The notes beneath the pieces were generated by a model. It was not told the DNA's origin and made no database searches. It worked only from the letters and a program-made list of their open reading frames with translations. 64,000 nt of DNA from an uncultured Candidatus Actinomarina sp. (GTDB lineage: Bacteria > Actinomycetota > Acidimicrobiia > Actinomarinales > Actinomarinaceae): contig CACODT010000001.1 in assembly GCA_902626065.1 (NCBI GenBank), forward strand, positions 151,493 through 215,492, in the 5' to 3' direction. Positions 1 to 9,879 of this stretch are shown piece after piece. The stretch's first letter is position 1; each line of letters starts with the position of its first letter. The position numbers and the translations under genes were made by a program.

Positions 1-205
1 TATCGTCATCCTGATAAGGTTGGTTTGATCTTGAGTCTAAATCGATAATTGAAAGCCTGCTGTGAATAAAACATGCTGATTCTGAAATATAATTAATGGA
101 AGAGTGATCGGGTCCCCTGTGTTCTAGGGAGACTTTCATATTATTTGCAATATTTTGGTCGATTTTAGAATTGTTAGTGCTAACAATTCCACCAATTCCA
201 CACAT
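1..205 (-). CDS. asnB: Asparagine synthase (glutamine-hydrolysing)-family amidotransferase, N-terminal part; runs off the window edge
   Basis: Not in the ORF track. Manual translation from ATG at 205 gives MCGIGGIVSTNNSK...LEHRGPD...HSRLSIIDL...SNQP, the class II GATase N-terminal Cys plus HRGPD and RLSIID motifs. Confidence 0.9.
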   Translation of the reverse strand, partial: MCGIGGIVSTNNSKIDQNIANNMKVSLEHRGPDHSSINYISESACFIHSRLSIIDLDSRSNQPYQDDD

Positions 206-273
206 TTCTCTAACTCTAATGTTATATTTTTTATTCAAGTAAATTAATTTGAATAGTTTAGAGTAAATATTGT

Positions 274-891
274 ATGAAAATAATTTTTGACATTACAATC
301 ATGGTTTTTCTCATTCCAGTTTTTTTATTCTTTTTTCCTATCATTTACCTGTTGATAATTATTACAGATGGTTATCCAGCAATATATGTTCAGGAAAGAG
401 TTGGTAAAAACGGTAAAATTTTTAAATTATTTAAATTCAGGACTATGGATGAAAGCTCAGATGAGGATCTACACGAAGAGCATTATAAAAAATTAGCTGA
501 TAAAGAAAAAATTGAGCCATCTTTAGAGCCTGGAAATCCTATACGAATTGAAAACGATGACAGAATAACAAAAATTGGTCTTTTTCTAAGAAAGACTTCC
601 TTAGATGAATTGCCTAACGTAATAAATGTTCTAAAAGGAGAAATGTCAACTGTCGGTCCAAGACCATTAGTTGTTTATGAATCAAAATTACTTGGTGATT
701 ATCAAAAAAAGAGACATTCAGTAAAACCTGGAATTACTGGTCTTGCTCAAGTCCAGGGAAGATTAGATTTAAGCCTACAAGAGAGGCTTTATTGGGATAT
801 TGAATATGTTGAAAGATACAACATTTTCCTTGATTTCAAAATACTATTTCAAACAATTATCTCTGTTATATCAAGAAAAGGGGCAAATTAG
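274..891 (+). CDS. Monotopic undecaprenyl-phosphate sugar-1-phosphate transferase (Bac_transf; WcaJ/PglC-like)
   Basis: Motifs FKFRTM, LRKTSLDELP, VGPRP, KPGITGLAQV; one N-terminal hydrophobic helix. Confidence 0.9.
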   Translation: MKIIFDITIMVFLIPVFLFFFPIIYLLIIITDGYPAIYVQERVGKNGKIFKLFKFRTMDESSDEDLHEEHYKKLADKEKIEPSLEPGNPIRIENDDRITKIGLFLRKTSLDELPNVINVLKGEMSTVGPRPLVVYESKLLGDYQKKRHSVKPGITGLAQVQGRLDLSLQERLYWDIEYVERYNIFLDFKILFQTIISVISRKGAN

Positions 892-2051
892 ATTAAGGAG
901 TAATAGTCCTCAACTACCTTTGATTTATTTAAAATATTTTTATTTAGATTGTTTATATTTTTTTGATATTTCAAAAGTAGTGATTGATCATTAAGTTTAT
1001 CAAATATTTTTTTCATCGAAGTCTCATCATATGGATCAATGGTAAAACCTAATTCATATTTCTCTATAAACTTTGAAACAGCAGAATCACTGTTAGCAAA
1101 ACACAATAAAATTTTATTCATTGAAAGATAGTCAAAAGTTTTACCAGGAAAACCTTCTACTGTAATTTCTTTGTCTAACGAAATAAGTCCAACAGGAATC
1201 TCTTTCGTTTTATCGTATAATTCGTTTCTTGGTAAATGCTCAAAAACATTTAATTGATCACTTTCTAAATCTTTAATAGAATCAAATTCTTCACCTGCTC
1301 CAAAAAATTTTAATTTCCAATTCTTCTCTTCAATAGAATTAAACGTATCGATAAATCTTTTAATATTTTGGGGTTTACCCATATTACCGGCATACAAAAT
1401 TGTTTTTTTATCTAGATTTGGATTTTCATTTGATATTTCATAGGGAGAAAAGTGATAAATTGATTTTATGTCTTTATCTTTTAATCCACGATTGTTAATA
1501 AGAAATGCTTTTAATTCTGATGAGTTTACAACCAAATTGTCAGCAAGTTTCATGGCGTATGTATCGATTTTTTTAAAAATGTTAAATAAAATTCCAGAAT
1601 TTGTTTTCAATGTTTTGTTAGCGATTTCAGGATAAAGTTCCCAGCATGAGTATGTAACTTTAATCTTTAGAAATTTCTTTATATAAATTACAACTAAGTT
1701 CATAGTTGGTGGATAACTAAATATAAAAATATGAGAGTAATTTTTTTTGTTCTTAGATAAAAATTTAATTGTTTGATAGTGAAACATTATCCATTGAAAA
1801 AACCTAGTTGCTTTGTTAAAACTCCTGCTTGCTGAACTTATATGTGTTATGTTTATGTCTTTATATGATGATGTGTAATATTTATCTGAAGTTAGATTCT
1901 TACTATTTTCGATATTGTATTGTGGTGAGCTTGCCAATATCTCAACATCAACACCAAGCTCTTTAAATCCATCTGCAATTTCAGCAACTAACATTCCTGT
2001 TGAGACGTTATCTGGAGGTATTGTTAAAGAGTGAAATAAAATTTTTTTCAT
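888..2051 (-). CDS. GT4 glycosyltransferase (WbuB-like)
   Basis: YAGNMGKPQ and FPGKTFDYL (P-x-K-x-x-x-Y) motifs; directly downstream of a 2-epimerase. Confidence 0.8.
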   Translation of the reverse strand: MKKILFHSLTIPPDNVSTGMLVAEIADGFKELGVDVEILASSPQYNIENSKNLTSDKYYTSSYKDINITHISSASRSFNKATRFFQWIMFHYQTIKFLSKNKKNYSHIFIFSYPPTMNLVVIYIKKFLKIKVTYSCWELYPEIANKTLKTNSGILFNIFKKIDTYAMKLADNLVVNSSELKAFLINNRGLKDKDIKSIYHFSPYEISNENPNLDKKTILYAGNMGKPQNIKRFIDTFNSIEEKNWKLKFFGAGEEFDSIKDLESDQLNVFEHLPRNELYDKTKEIPVGLISLDKEITVEGFPGKTFDYLSMNKILLCFANSDSAVSKFIEKYELGFTIDPYDETSMKKIFDKLNDQSLLLKYQKNINNLNKNILNKSKVVEDYYSLI

Positions 2052-3205
2052 TCTTTAAATGAATTTGAAATATCAAATGGATAATTTTCTTTATTGTGTT
2101 TATGAAAACTGTTTGATTCTGATAATTCTACAAGGTCGTCAACAATATTATCAGATGCTTTCCCATCACCGAATGGTTGAGCCCATTTTGTATCAACCAA
2201 CTTCATAGCCTTATCTAAGTAACTTTGAAAGTCACTTATCTTATCAGATGGATCAAATTTTATAGAAGCGTTAACATCATATACCTCTGGACGCTCTGTT
2301 GAGTATCTCATTTGAATAGAAGGTACATTCATAATGCATGCCTCTTCAACTACTGTACCTGAGTCACTCATTACAAAGGTTGAGTTCTTAAGAAGATACA
2401 TAAATTCAAGATATCCTAAGGGGTCAATCATCAAAACGTTCGAATTGAGTTTTAGATCATATGATTTAAGCATTTCTTGAGTTTTGTATCCTGCAGGAAA
2501 TACTATTTTCATATCAGAAGAATTAAATAGATTTACAATATTTTTAAGAGAATCGTTGTTTAATATATTCTCTCTCCTATGAGATGTTGCTAATAAGAAT
2601 TCGTTTTTTCCAATAAAATTTAAAACATTATTTTCTAAGCTTTCATGTCCCGAATCAAAAATATTTTGATTTTCTTGAATAATATCAACTATGGGGTTCC
2701 CAGTTACTTTTATTATATCTTCAGAAATTCCCTCATTTAGACCTTGCGTCTTGTATGAATCAAGATAAGCATATATCCTGTCTGACAAGTGATCTATAGT
2801 TTTTCTGTATTTTTCTTCAGGCATTCTCCAATCGTATGAACGCATACATCCTTCAATATGAACAATTGGGATATTGTGCTGTGCTGCTCCAATACTACCC
2901 ATGACCGTATTTGTATCACCAAGAAAAACAACAGCTTGATACTTATTGTTTTCTAAGTGATTGAATGTATTTTTAATTACTGAAGAAACTGTTGATGCAT
3001 CGTTAGTAGTATCTATTTCAAATTCAACATCAGGTTTTGGAACATTAAGTTGTTTAAAGAAAACATCTTTCATATTCTCGGAATAATGCTGGCCAGACCA
3101 TATGAAATCATAAGTTATATTTTTATTTTCAGACAAAAGTCTGATAATTTTACTTGCCCTTATAACATCAGGTCTAATTCCTAGAATGATTCCAAGGTCT
3201 TTCAT
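2048..3205 (-). CDS. Non-hydrolysing UDP-N-acetylhexosamine 2-epimerase (WecB/FnlC/WbvD-like)
   Basis: GIRPD, SGQHY, LGDTNT, HIEGCMRSYD.MPEE, HRREN, SDSGTVVEEA, TERPE motifs. Confidence 0.9.
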   Translation of the reverse strand: MKDLGIILGIRPDVIRASKIIRLLSENKNITYDFIWSGQHYSENMKDVFFKQLNVPKPDVEFEIDTTNDASTVSSVIKNTFNHLENNKYQAVVFLGDTNTVMGSIGAAQHNIPIVHIEGCMRSYDWRMPEEKYRKTIDHLSDRIYAYLDSYKTQGLNEGISEDIIKVTGNPIVDIIQENQNIFDSGHESLENNVLNFIGKNEFLLATSHRRENILNNDSLKNIVNLFNSSDMKIVFPAGYKTQEMLKSYDLKLNSNVLMIDPLGYLEFMYLLKNSTFVMSDSGTVVEEACIMNVPSIQMRYSTERPEVYDVNASIKFDPSDKISDFQSYLDKAMKLVDTKWAQPFGDGKASDNIVDDLVELSESNSFHKHNKENYPFDISNSFKE

Positions 3206-4107
3206 ACAAATTCCAATATCTTTTTAGTTCCTTCATATTCAGCTAATTCAGATATATTGTCTCTTATAGATGGAATTTCTTTGTACCCACCTAATGCCCA
3301 AAGTTCTTGGTTAGCTTTTGAATCCAATGTCTTTAATGTTCTATCAACTTTGTTGTCTGATAAAACATTATTTATTTCTATATCTTTTGTGAAATATTCT
3401 TTAAAAAGATTTAACAGCTCATACTTGTTAACTTTGTTACTTGGCACTAGGTGTTGCAATTTAATTTGAGTTTGTTCTTTCTTTGTAATACCTAATACAA
3501 TTTTTGCAAAGTTTAATGTTGTTATGCCATTCCATACATGATCTGTAAATCCGTTAACTTCTGATTCATCTGTCCTTAAAAACCAGTTAAGAAGTGACCT
3601 TCCACTCCCAGTTTCAGGTCCAACAATACTCGAACGCAGCAAGGTTTTATTATTACTAGAAACCTCTCCAACAATTTTGGTTTTACCATACACATCTGTG
3701 GCATCTGTCATAGATGTTTCAATATATTCTCCTTCTAATCCAGAAAATACACAATCTGTTCCAATTTGAATGTAGCTGAAATTAAAATCCAAACTTGCTT
3801 TCGCAATTGTTAATGGAAAAAAGGAGTTTATAGATATTGCATTGCTAATTGATTCTTTTGTTTCCGAGATGGTTGGCTTTATTGCTCCTATACAATTTAT
3901 GACAAAACTAGGATTTGTTAATTTACATAAATCATCAAAGTTATCTTTGGTAGGATCAAAGTTAATCTTTTCACCGTTCAATTCACTTATAAATTTATTT
4001 TCAGAACGTGATGTAAAAAAAAGATTATCTTTGGAGAAATCAGAAAAAACCAAAGAAACCATTTTTCCTAACATACCTGTTGAGCCAAGTATAAGAAGGT
4101 TACTCAA
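3202..4107 (-). CDS. RmlD-like NAD(P)-dependent sugar 4-reductase (SDR)
   Basis: LGSTGMLG, INCIG, GTDCVFSG, YGKTK motifs. Start re-called to TTG at 4107 behind a GGAGGTGA Shine-Dalgarno. Confidence 0.85.
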   Translation of the reverse strand: MSNLLILGSTGMLGKMVSLVFSDFSKDNLFFTSRSENKFISELNGEKINFDPTKDNFDDLCKLTNPSFVINCIGAIKPTISETKESISNAISINSFFPLTIAKASLDFNFSYIQIGTDCVFSGLEGEYIETSMTDATDVYGKTKIVGEVSSNNKTLLRSSIVGPETGSGRSLLNWFLRTDESEVNGFTDHVWNGITTLNFAKIVLGITKKEQTQIKLQHLVPSNKVNKYELLNLFKEYFTKDIEINNVLSDNKVDRTLKTLDSKANQELWALGGYKEIPSIRDNISELAEYEGTKKILEFV

Positions 4108-4546
4108 ACAGTTCACCTCCATTGCTTGTCCAAGGATCCCAATATTTTGAATCAAATCTGTAATCATCATTTAGAGAGTCTTCTAGAGTTGAAGAAGAAA
4201 AATACATTATTTTACTATTTTCTTCAAGGTTCATGGCTCCATTTGCATAACCCTCTGGAATGGATAATAAGTCTGAATTTATATCCATTTCGACCATTTC
4301 TGGAACAATTGTCTTATCTGGATTTTCCCAATCATCTATTTTTATTACACCGACCAAAAACTTGCCTGATAATACTTTGATAAGTTTTTTTTCATTTTTA
4401 TGACCGTGCCATGCTCTCACAGTTCCTATTTTTGGATTTGTTACTGTATAAAATCTCTTGTAATCACTAAGGTTTAATTCATTAAAAAACTCAACATTTC
4501 CTCTGTGGTCTTCAGAAAACCCTCTTTCATATCTTTCTAGGTTCAA
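4100..4546 (-). CDS. Cupin-fold nucleotide-sugar 3,5-epimerase (RmlC-like)
   Basis: DHRG, VRAWHGH, IPEGYANG, DDYRF motifs; 148 aa. Confidence 0.85.
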   Translation of the reverse strand: MNLERYERGFSEDHRGNVEFFNELNLSDYKRFYTVTNPKIGTVRAWHGHKNEKKLIKVLSGKFLVGVIKIDDWENPDKTIVPEMVEMDINSDLLSIPEGYANGAMNLEENSKIMYFSSSTLEDSLNDDYRFDSKYWDPWTSNGGELFE

Positions 4547-5475
4547 GATACACCAAACTTCTGCAAAAAGTTCTGATTTGAATACCTAGGATCTGTTATG
4601 TCCTTAATCCTGTTGTGAAAAATTAAATCATATATTTCATTAACTCCATTGATAAGCTCTATTGAAGCTTCAAATCCTGTTTCATCCAATAATTTTTGAC
4701 TTGATACTTGATAGTTTCTAGCATCCTCAAAGCTCATGGGAGTCACTTCTACTTCAACATCTTTTACTTTATTTTCTATCTCTCTTGCTATATCGATGAT
4801 TCTATAGTTCTTATGATGAAGATTGTAAATACCACTTGCATCAGTGTTTAGACAGTGACTTATTGCATTTGAAACGTCATTTACATGAAGTAGGGGCCTC
4901 CATTGCTCACCGCCATAAACACTAATTTTTTTATCTATAAGTGCTTTTGCTGTAAGAACATTTACTACTAAATCAAGACGTACTCTTGAGAATTCATCAC
5001 TTATCCCAAATAAAGTTCCAAGCCTAAAAATTAACGCATTTGCATTTTGCAAATATTCTTCTGCTTTTAATTTAGATGATGCGTATTCAGATAATGGATT
5101 TGTATCGGAAGCCTCTGTTAAAACTCCATCTTGAGCCCCATATACCGAACAAGTCGACAAAAATATTATTCTTTTATCATAATTTTCAACAAGATTTTTC
5201 ACACTTTCAGAATTAATTTCAAAGGTTAGGTCTGGATTAATGGTACACGCACCATCACCAACTAACGCTGCAAGCCAAACAACAACATCAAAGTTATTTA
5301 AAATACCATTTAATTTTGTTGTATCCCTTATGTCTCCAAGAATAAAATTTACTTTTTTTCGATAAGATGTTTCATAAATCAATGAATCGTAAACAGTAAC
5401 TTCATGTTCCTGAGAAAGCTTATCAACGATTCCTCCTCCAACATATCCGGCACCACCTACAACTAAAATTTTCAT
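4543..5475 (-). CDS. NAD-dependent epimerase/dehydratase (extended SDR)
   Basis: GGAGYVG, STCSVYG, YASSK, QWRPLLHVND motifs. Confidence 0.85.
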   Translation of the reverse strand: MKILVVGGAGYVGGGIVDKLSQEHEVTVYDSLIYETSYRKKVNFILGDIRDTTKLNGILNNFDVVVWLAALVGDGACTINPDLTFEINSESVKNLVENYDKRIIFLSTCSVYGAQDGVLTEASDTNPLSEYASSKLKAEEYLQNANALIFRLGTLFGISDEFSRVRLDLVVNVLTAKALIDKKISVYGGEQWRPLLHVNDVSNAISHCLNTDASGIYNLHHKNYRIIDIAREIENKVKDVEVEVTPMSFEDARNYQVSSQKLLDETGFEASIELINGVNEIYDLIFHNRIKDITDPRYSNQNFLQKFGVS

Positions 5476-5518
5476 CTTAAATATAGTATATGTTTGAGTT
5501 TTCTAATAAAACAGTATT

Positions 5519-6713
5519 TCAAAATGTAGAATTCTCCTTTTCATTAAGATACAGAAAGTAGCTAAAGTAAAAAAACCAAGATACAGAGTGATTTTGTAAT
5601 AAATCACTTGATAAACTCAATAACAGAAATGCCATAATTGCCATAAGATTTGGTGAGTAGTTTGTTAAATCTCTTAATTTAAAAAGACTTAATATAAGAT
5701 CCTTAAAAATTAATCCGTACAAAAACAGGCCCACAATCCCGTAATTTAAAAGTATGAATAAATATGAATTGTGAGGACCATAAGAAAAAGGATTATCATC
5801 AAAGTTTTTGGAATCGAGTACCTCATTTCCTTTTATTACGAAATTATCATACCCTCTTCCAAAAATATTATTGATAATTGAATCTTCTGAAACATATTGT
5901 AATGTTCCTGATTGCATTTCAACTCTATCTTGGATACCGCTGTTATCATCTTGAATGAATCTATCTATTAAACCAAAATTTACACATATCAATAAAGAGC
6001 CAATTAATAATAAAATAGTATTTAGTTTTTTATCTTGAAGCATGATTCTAAATAATATAAATAAAACCAAAACAATTAGAGAAAACCGTGAATATGTAAA
6101 GAAACATCCAACAATTGAGAATGGAATTATTACACGTAAATAACTACTTTCCATCCTGAACATTGAATATATTCCTGTTACAGTAATCAAATCAGCAAAA
6201 CTGTTTGGCCCCCCCGCCTGAAATCCATTTGTTCTTCCTTTGATATATTCAATATCACTTAAATTAATTCCTATATTCCAAGTCTGATAGATGTCTTTGC
6301 CAAGATTTATCGAGAATAAATATGAAAGAATTGAAAACGAACTTAAAAACAGAAATATATAGAAAGGAAAAGTGTTTATATAATTTTTTTCACCTATAAG
6401 TGATATAAATATAAATAAAAAAAGATAAAATCCAAATCGCAGGATTTCAGAATGAAATAATACGCCATTCACAAAAAAATTTTGAATTATTAGATAAAAA
6501 ATAAAAAATACAAAATACATGTAATTTTCAATTTTTAAGGAGACATTTTCAATATTAAAAAGAAGATACATTGCTAATGAAAAAAATAATAAAATTGGTA
6601 AGTCATCGGTATGAACAAATCCTGGAATAATGTCGAAGTGAGGAATTAATGAAATGAAAAATAAAACGTATAAAGGCGAAAAACTTTTAAGCCTATTTAT
6701 TTTTAATCCCCAT
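5519..6713 (-). CDS. O-antigen ligase/Wzy_C-like polytopic membrane protein; 5' end apparently frameshifted at a T5 run (6700-6704)
   Basis: Multiple TM segments, TYSR, FGRGY and PHNSYL motifs. The frame stays open about 47 codons upstream of the called ATG (6571), and ATG GGG at 6713 joins it if one base is removed from the homopolymer. Confidence 0.75.
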
Positions 6714-6783
6714 CATTTAAGATATTAACCAATAAATACTTATAAATAGTATTTAAATCTTTTTAAAGAATAATAATTAGTTT

Positions 6784-6799
6784 TGTTAGCATGTATTAA
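6784..6799 (+). promoter_or_regulatory. Putative extended -10 leaderless promoter (TGtTAGCAT-N7-GTG)
   Basis: TAGCAT preceded by TGn, 7 nt before the GTG start; no SD sequence. Confidence 0.5.
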
Positions 6800-7783
6800 G
6801 TGGATAAAAAAGTAGTAGTTACAGGCTGTTCCGGCTTTATTGGTTTTCATCTATCAAATTCTCTATTAGAGGCAGATAAACAAGTAATAGGTATTGATTC
6901 TTTAAATTCAGCATATGATGTCAATCTAAAGCAAAAAAGACTTGAAAAATTGGATAAAAATAATAACTTTACATTTTTTAATAACAATTTAAGTCAAGAG
7001 GATAGTCTTAACGAAATAAAGAAATATGATATATCGACAATCTATCACATGGCAGCAAGAGCAGGAGTAAGACAAAGTTTTTTAGATCCACAAAGCTACA
7101 TAGAGGATAATACATACGCAACTGCGAATGTTGCTAATTTCTGTAAAGAAATAGAGATTCCTGAATTAATTCTTGCATCAACATCATCAATTTATGGGGA
7201 CAGTGGTGAAAATTTAATGGTTGAAGAGAAAGATGAAAAAATAAAACCCCCTTCTGTTTATGCAAGTACAAAATTGTCTGGGGAATCTTTATCAAAAATA
7301 ATTCTTGAAGACACAAATACAAACTTAATAATTTCTAGATTTTTTACAGTATATGGACCCTATGGAAGGCCTGATATGTCGATTTTAAGATTTATTCATT
7401 GGATAATAAATGAAGAAAAAGTAAAAGTTTTTGGGAATGGAGAACAGCAAAGATCTTTTACATATATAAAAGATGTTGTCGATGCACTCAGAAGAATGTC
7501 GGGTTTAGAAAACTCACATACTTTCAATGTTGGATCAAATATTACAGTTTCACTAAACGAAGTTATAAAATTAATTGAGGAATTTTCAGGAAAAAATGCA
7601 AATATTGAAAACTTAGAACGTGCATATAAAGATCCTGACGTGGTTCGTCCAAATTTAGATAGAATAAATGAAGCAATTGGATGGGAGCCGACAACTAAAA
7701 TACAGGAGGGTATTGAAAAAACAGTTTCATGGTATAAAGAAAATGAAGACTATCTGAAAGATCTGGTATATGTCAATGAATAA
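6800..7783 (+). CDS. UDP-glucuronate 4-epimerase-like SDR (CapI/GAE family)
   Basis: TGCSGFIGFH, AARAGVR, YASTK, RFFTVYGPYGRPDM motifs. Confidence 0.85.
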   Translation: MDKKVVVTGCSGFIGFHLSNSLLEADKQVIGIDSLNSAYDVNLKQKRLEKLDKNNNFTFFNNNLSQEDSLNEIKKYDISTIYHMAARAGVRQSFLDPQSYIEDNTYATANVANFCKEIEIPELILASTSSIYGDSGENLMVEEKDEKIKPPSVYASTKLSGESLSKIILEDTNTNLIISRFFTVYGPYGRPDMSILRFIHWIINEEKVKVFGNGEQQRSFTYIKDVVDALRRMSGLENSHTFNVGSNITVSLNEVIKLIEEFSGKNANIENLERAYKDPDVVRPNLDRINEAIGWEPTTKIQEGIEKTVSWYKENEDYLKDLVYVNE

Positions 7784-8732
7784 AGTAATCGTCACTGGAG
7801 GTGCAGGTTTCATTGGTTCGAACCTTGTAGAAAGGTTATTAAAGGATGGTGCTGAAGAAATACTTGTAATTGATGATTTTTCAACCGGAAAGAAGGAAAA
7901 CCTTCATGATTCCTCAAAAGTACATCTCGTTGAATCAAAACTTGAGGATATTAATGATTTAGAAAGTCAATTTAAGGGGTATGATTTTTGCTTTCATCTA
8001 GCAGCTGGCGTAGGCGTTCAATACATAATGGATAATTTGAGTGATTCATTATTAACTAATATTCAAGGAACCCATATTGTCTTTGAAGCGTGCAAAGAAA
8101 ACAACATACCTGTGTTAATAACTTCTACTTCAGAGATTTATGGAACCTCTAAAGAAGAAAGTTGGGATGAAGAAACAAAGAGTTTGATTGGGCCTACGAC
8201 AAAACTTAGATGGTCATACGCTGTATCAAAAATGATTGATGAATTCTTAGCTCTATCTGAATTTGAAGCTGGTAATCTTAGACCAATAATAGTGAGGCTC
8301 TTCAATACGATAGGTCCAAATCAGGTTTCTGATTATGGAATGGTTGTACCAAGATTTGTGGAATCTGCATTAAAAGACGAGGATTTAGTTATCCATGGTG
8401 ACGGATCTCAAACGAGATCATTTACCTGGGTTGGAGATGTGATTGATTACTTTGTGAAACTAGCTGAGTTAAAAAGTTTTGGAGAAATATATAACATTGG
8501 TCAAACCGAAGAAATATCGATAAAGAACTTAGCTCAACTAATAATTGATACATCGAATTCAAATTCAAAAATTAAGTTTTTAAGTCATAAAGATGTGTTT
8601 GGTGATAAGTTTGAAGATCCTACAAGGCGCACACCGAATATAGATAAAATTGTTAAAGCAACCGGAATTAAACCGGGGTACGATATCCAAACAATGATTA
8701 AAGAAATTGTGGAATTTAAAAGACAAGATTAA
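7776..8732 (+). CDS. NAD-dependent nucleotide-sugar epimerase/dehydratase
   Basis: TGGAGFIGS, HLAAGVGV, STSEIYG, RWSYAVSK, RLFNTIGP motifs. Confidence 0.85.
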   Translation: MNKVIVTGGAGFIGSNLVERLLKDGAEEILVIDDFSTGKKENLHDSSKVHLVESKLEDINDLESQFKGYDFCFHLAAGVGVQYIMDNLSDSLLTNIQGTHIVFEACKENNIPVLITSTSEIYGTSKEESWDEETKSLIGPTTKLRWSYAVSKMIDEFLALSEFEAGNLRPIIVRLFNTIGPNQVSDYGMVVPRFVESALKDEDLVIHGDGSQTRSFTWVGDVIDYFVKLAELKSFGEIYNIGQTEEISIKNLAQLIIDTSNSNSKIKFLSHKDVFGDKFEDPTRRTPNIDKIVKATGIKPGYDIQTMIKEIVEFKRQD

Positions 8733-8739
8733 TTAAATT

Positions 8740-9879
8740 ATGAGGGTATTAGTGACTGTAGGAATATTTCCTCCAGATATTGGTGGACCTGCAACTTTTG
8801 TTCCAAAAATTGCAAAATATTTTCAAGATGAACTTAATTATGAAATTGAAATCTTAACTTTGTCTGATAATAAAAATTCAAATATAAACGATGATTTTAG
8901 TGTGAATCGAATTGATAGAAACTTACCAATAATATACCGTTGGTTAAAAACAATTTTTACTATTTATAAATTGGGGAAGAATAAAGACTTAATATTTGTA
9001 AATGGTCTTGGTACAGAAACCACAATTGCCAATATTTTTTTGAAAAAAAAGATAATAAGAAAAATTGTTGGTGACCCTGTCTGGGAAAGAGCATACAGCA
9101 AAGCAAAGATATCAGAAAGCTTTGATGAATTTCAAGTTAAAAATTATGGGTTTTCAATATCGCTCCAAAAGAAGGTGCGAAGCTTTAGCATTAAAAAATC
9201 TAATATTGTAGTAACACCATCTAAACACCTAAAAAATTTTATTCTAAATTTAGGATTTAAAAACAAAATTGAGATCATAAATAATGGTGTATTTATACCT
9301 GAGGAAAATACAAATATATTTACAAATGATCAAATTAATATAACTATTGTATCCAGGCTGGTATCGCATAAAAATATTAAAAAAATAATTAGAGCAATAT
9401 CAGATTTAAATAATCCATTAATTTATTTAAATATTATCGGAGATGGGCCTGAGCTAGATCAACTTCAAAAAATTTCATTAGAATCAAATAACAAAGATAA
9501 TATTATTTTTCATGGGAAACTAAATAGTGATGACATTAATCATATTTTTTTGAAAAGTGATATTTACATCCAAGCATCGAATTATGAGGGATTGCCACAT
9601 TCCTTACTTGAGGCCATGAGTTATGGAATTCCAGTTCTGTGTACCCCTGTCGGAGAATGTAAAGAAATATTGGGAAATGAAGATAGAGGATATATATTAG
9701 ATTTACCCGTATCTAAAAATAATATTAAATCAAAGATTAGTGAGATTATTGGCGAAAAAAATATTGCAAATAAAAAAGGTGAAAGAGGTAAAGATTTTAT
9801 TAATGAAAAATATAACTTAACAAATTCTTTTAATCTTTATAAAAATCTTTTTACAAGACTACTTGAGGAAGAATATTAA
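8740..9879 (+). CDS. GT4 glycosyltransferase
   Basis: FPPDIGGPAT, IIGDGP, EGLPHSLLEAM (E-x7-E) motifs. Confidence 0.9.
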   Translation: MRVLVTVGIFPPDIGGPATFVPKIAKYFQDELNYEIEILTLSDNKNSNINDDFSVNRIDRNLPIIYRWLKTIFTIYKLGKNKDLIFVNGLGTETTIANIFLKKKIIRKIVGDPVWERAYSKAKISESFDEFQVKNYGFSISLQKKVRSFSIKKSNIVVTPSKHLKNFILNLGFKNKIEIINNGVFIPEENTNIFTNDQINITIVSRLVSHKNIKKIIRAISDLNNPLIYLNIIGDGPELDQLQKISLESNNKDNIIFHGKLNSDDINHIFLKSDIYIQASNYEGLPHSLLEAMSYGIPVLCTPVGECKEILGNEDRGYILDLPVSKNNIKSKISEIIGEKNIANKKGERGKDFINEKYNLTNSFNLYKNLFTRLLEEEY

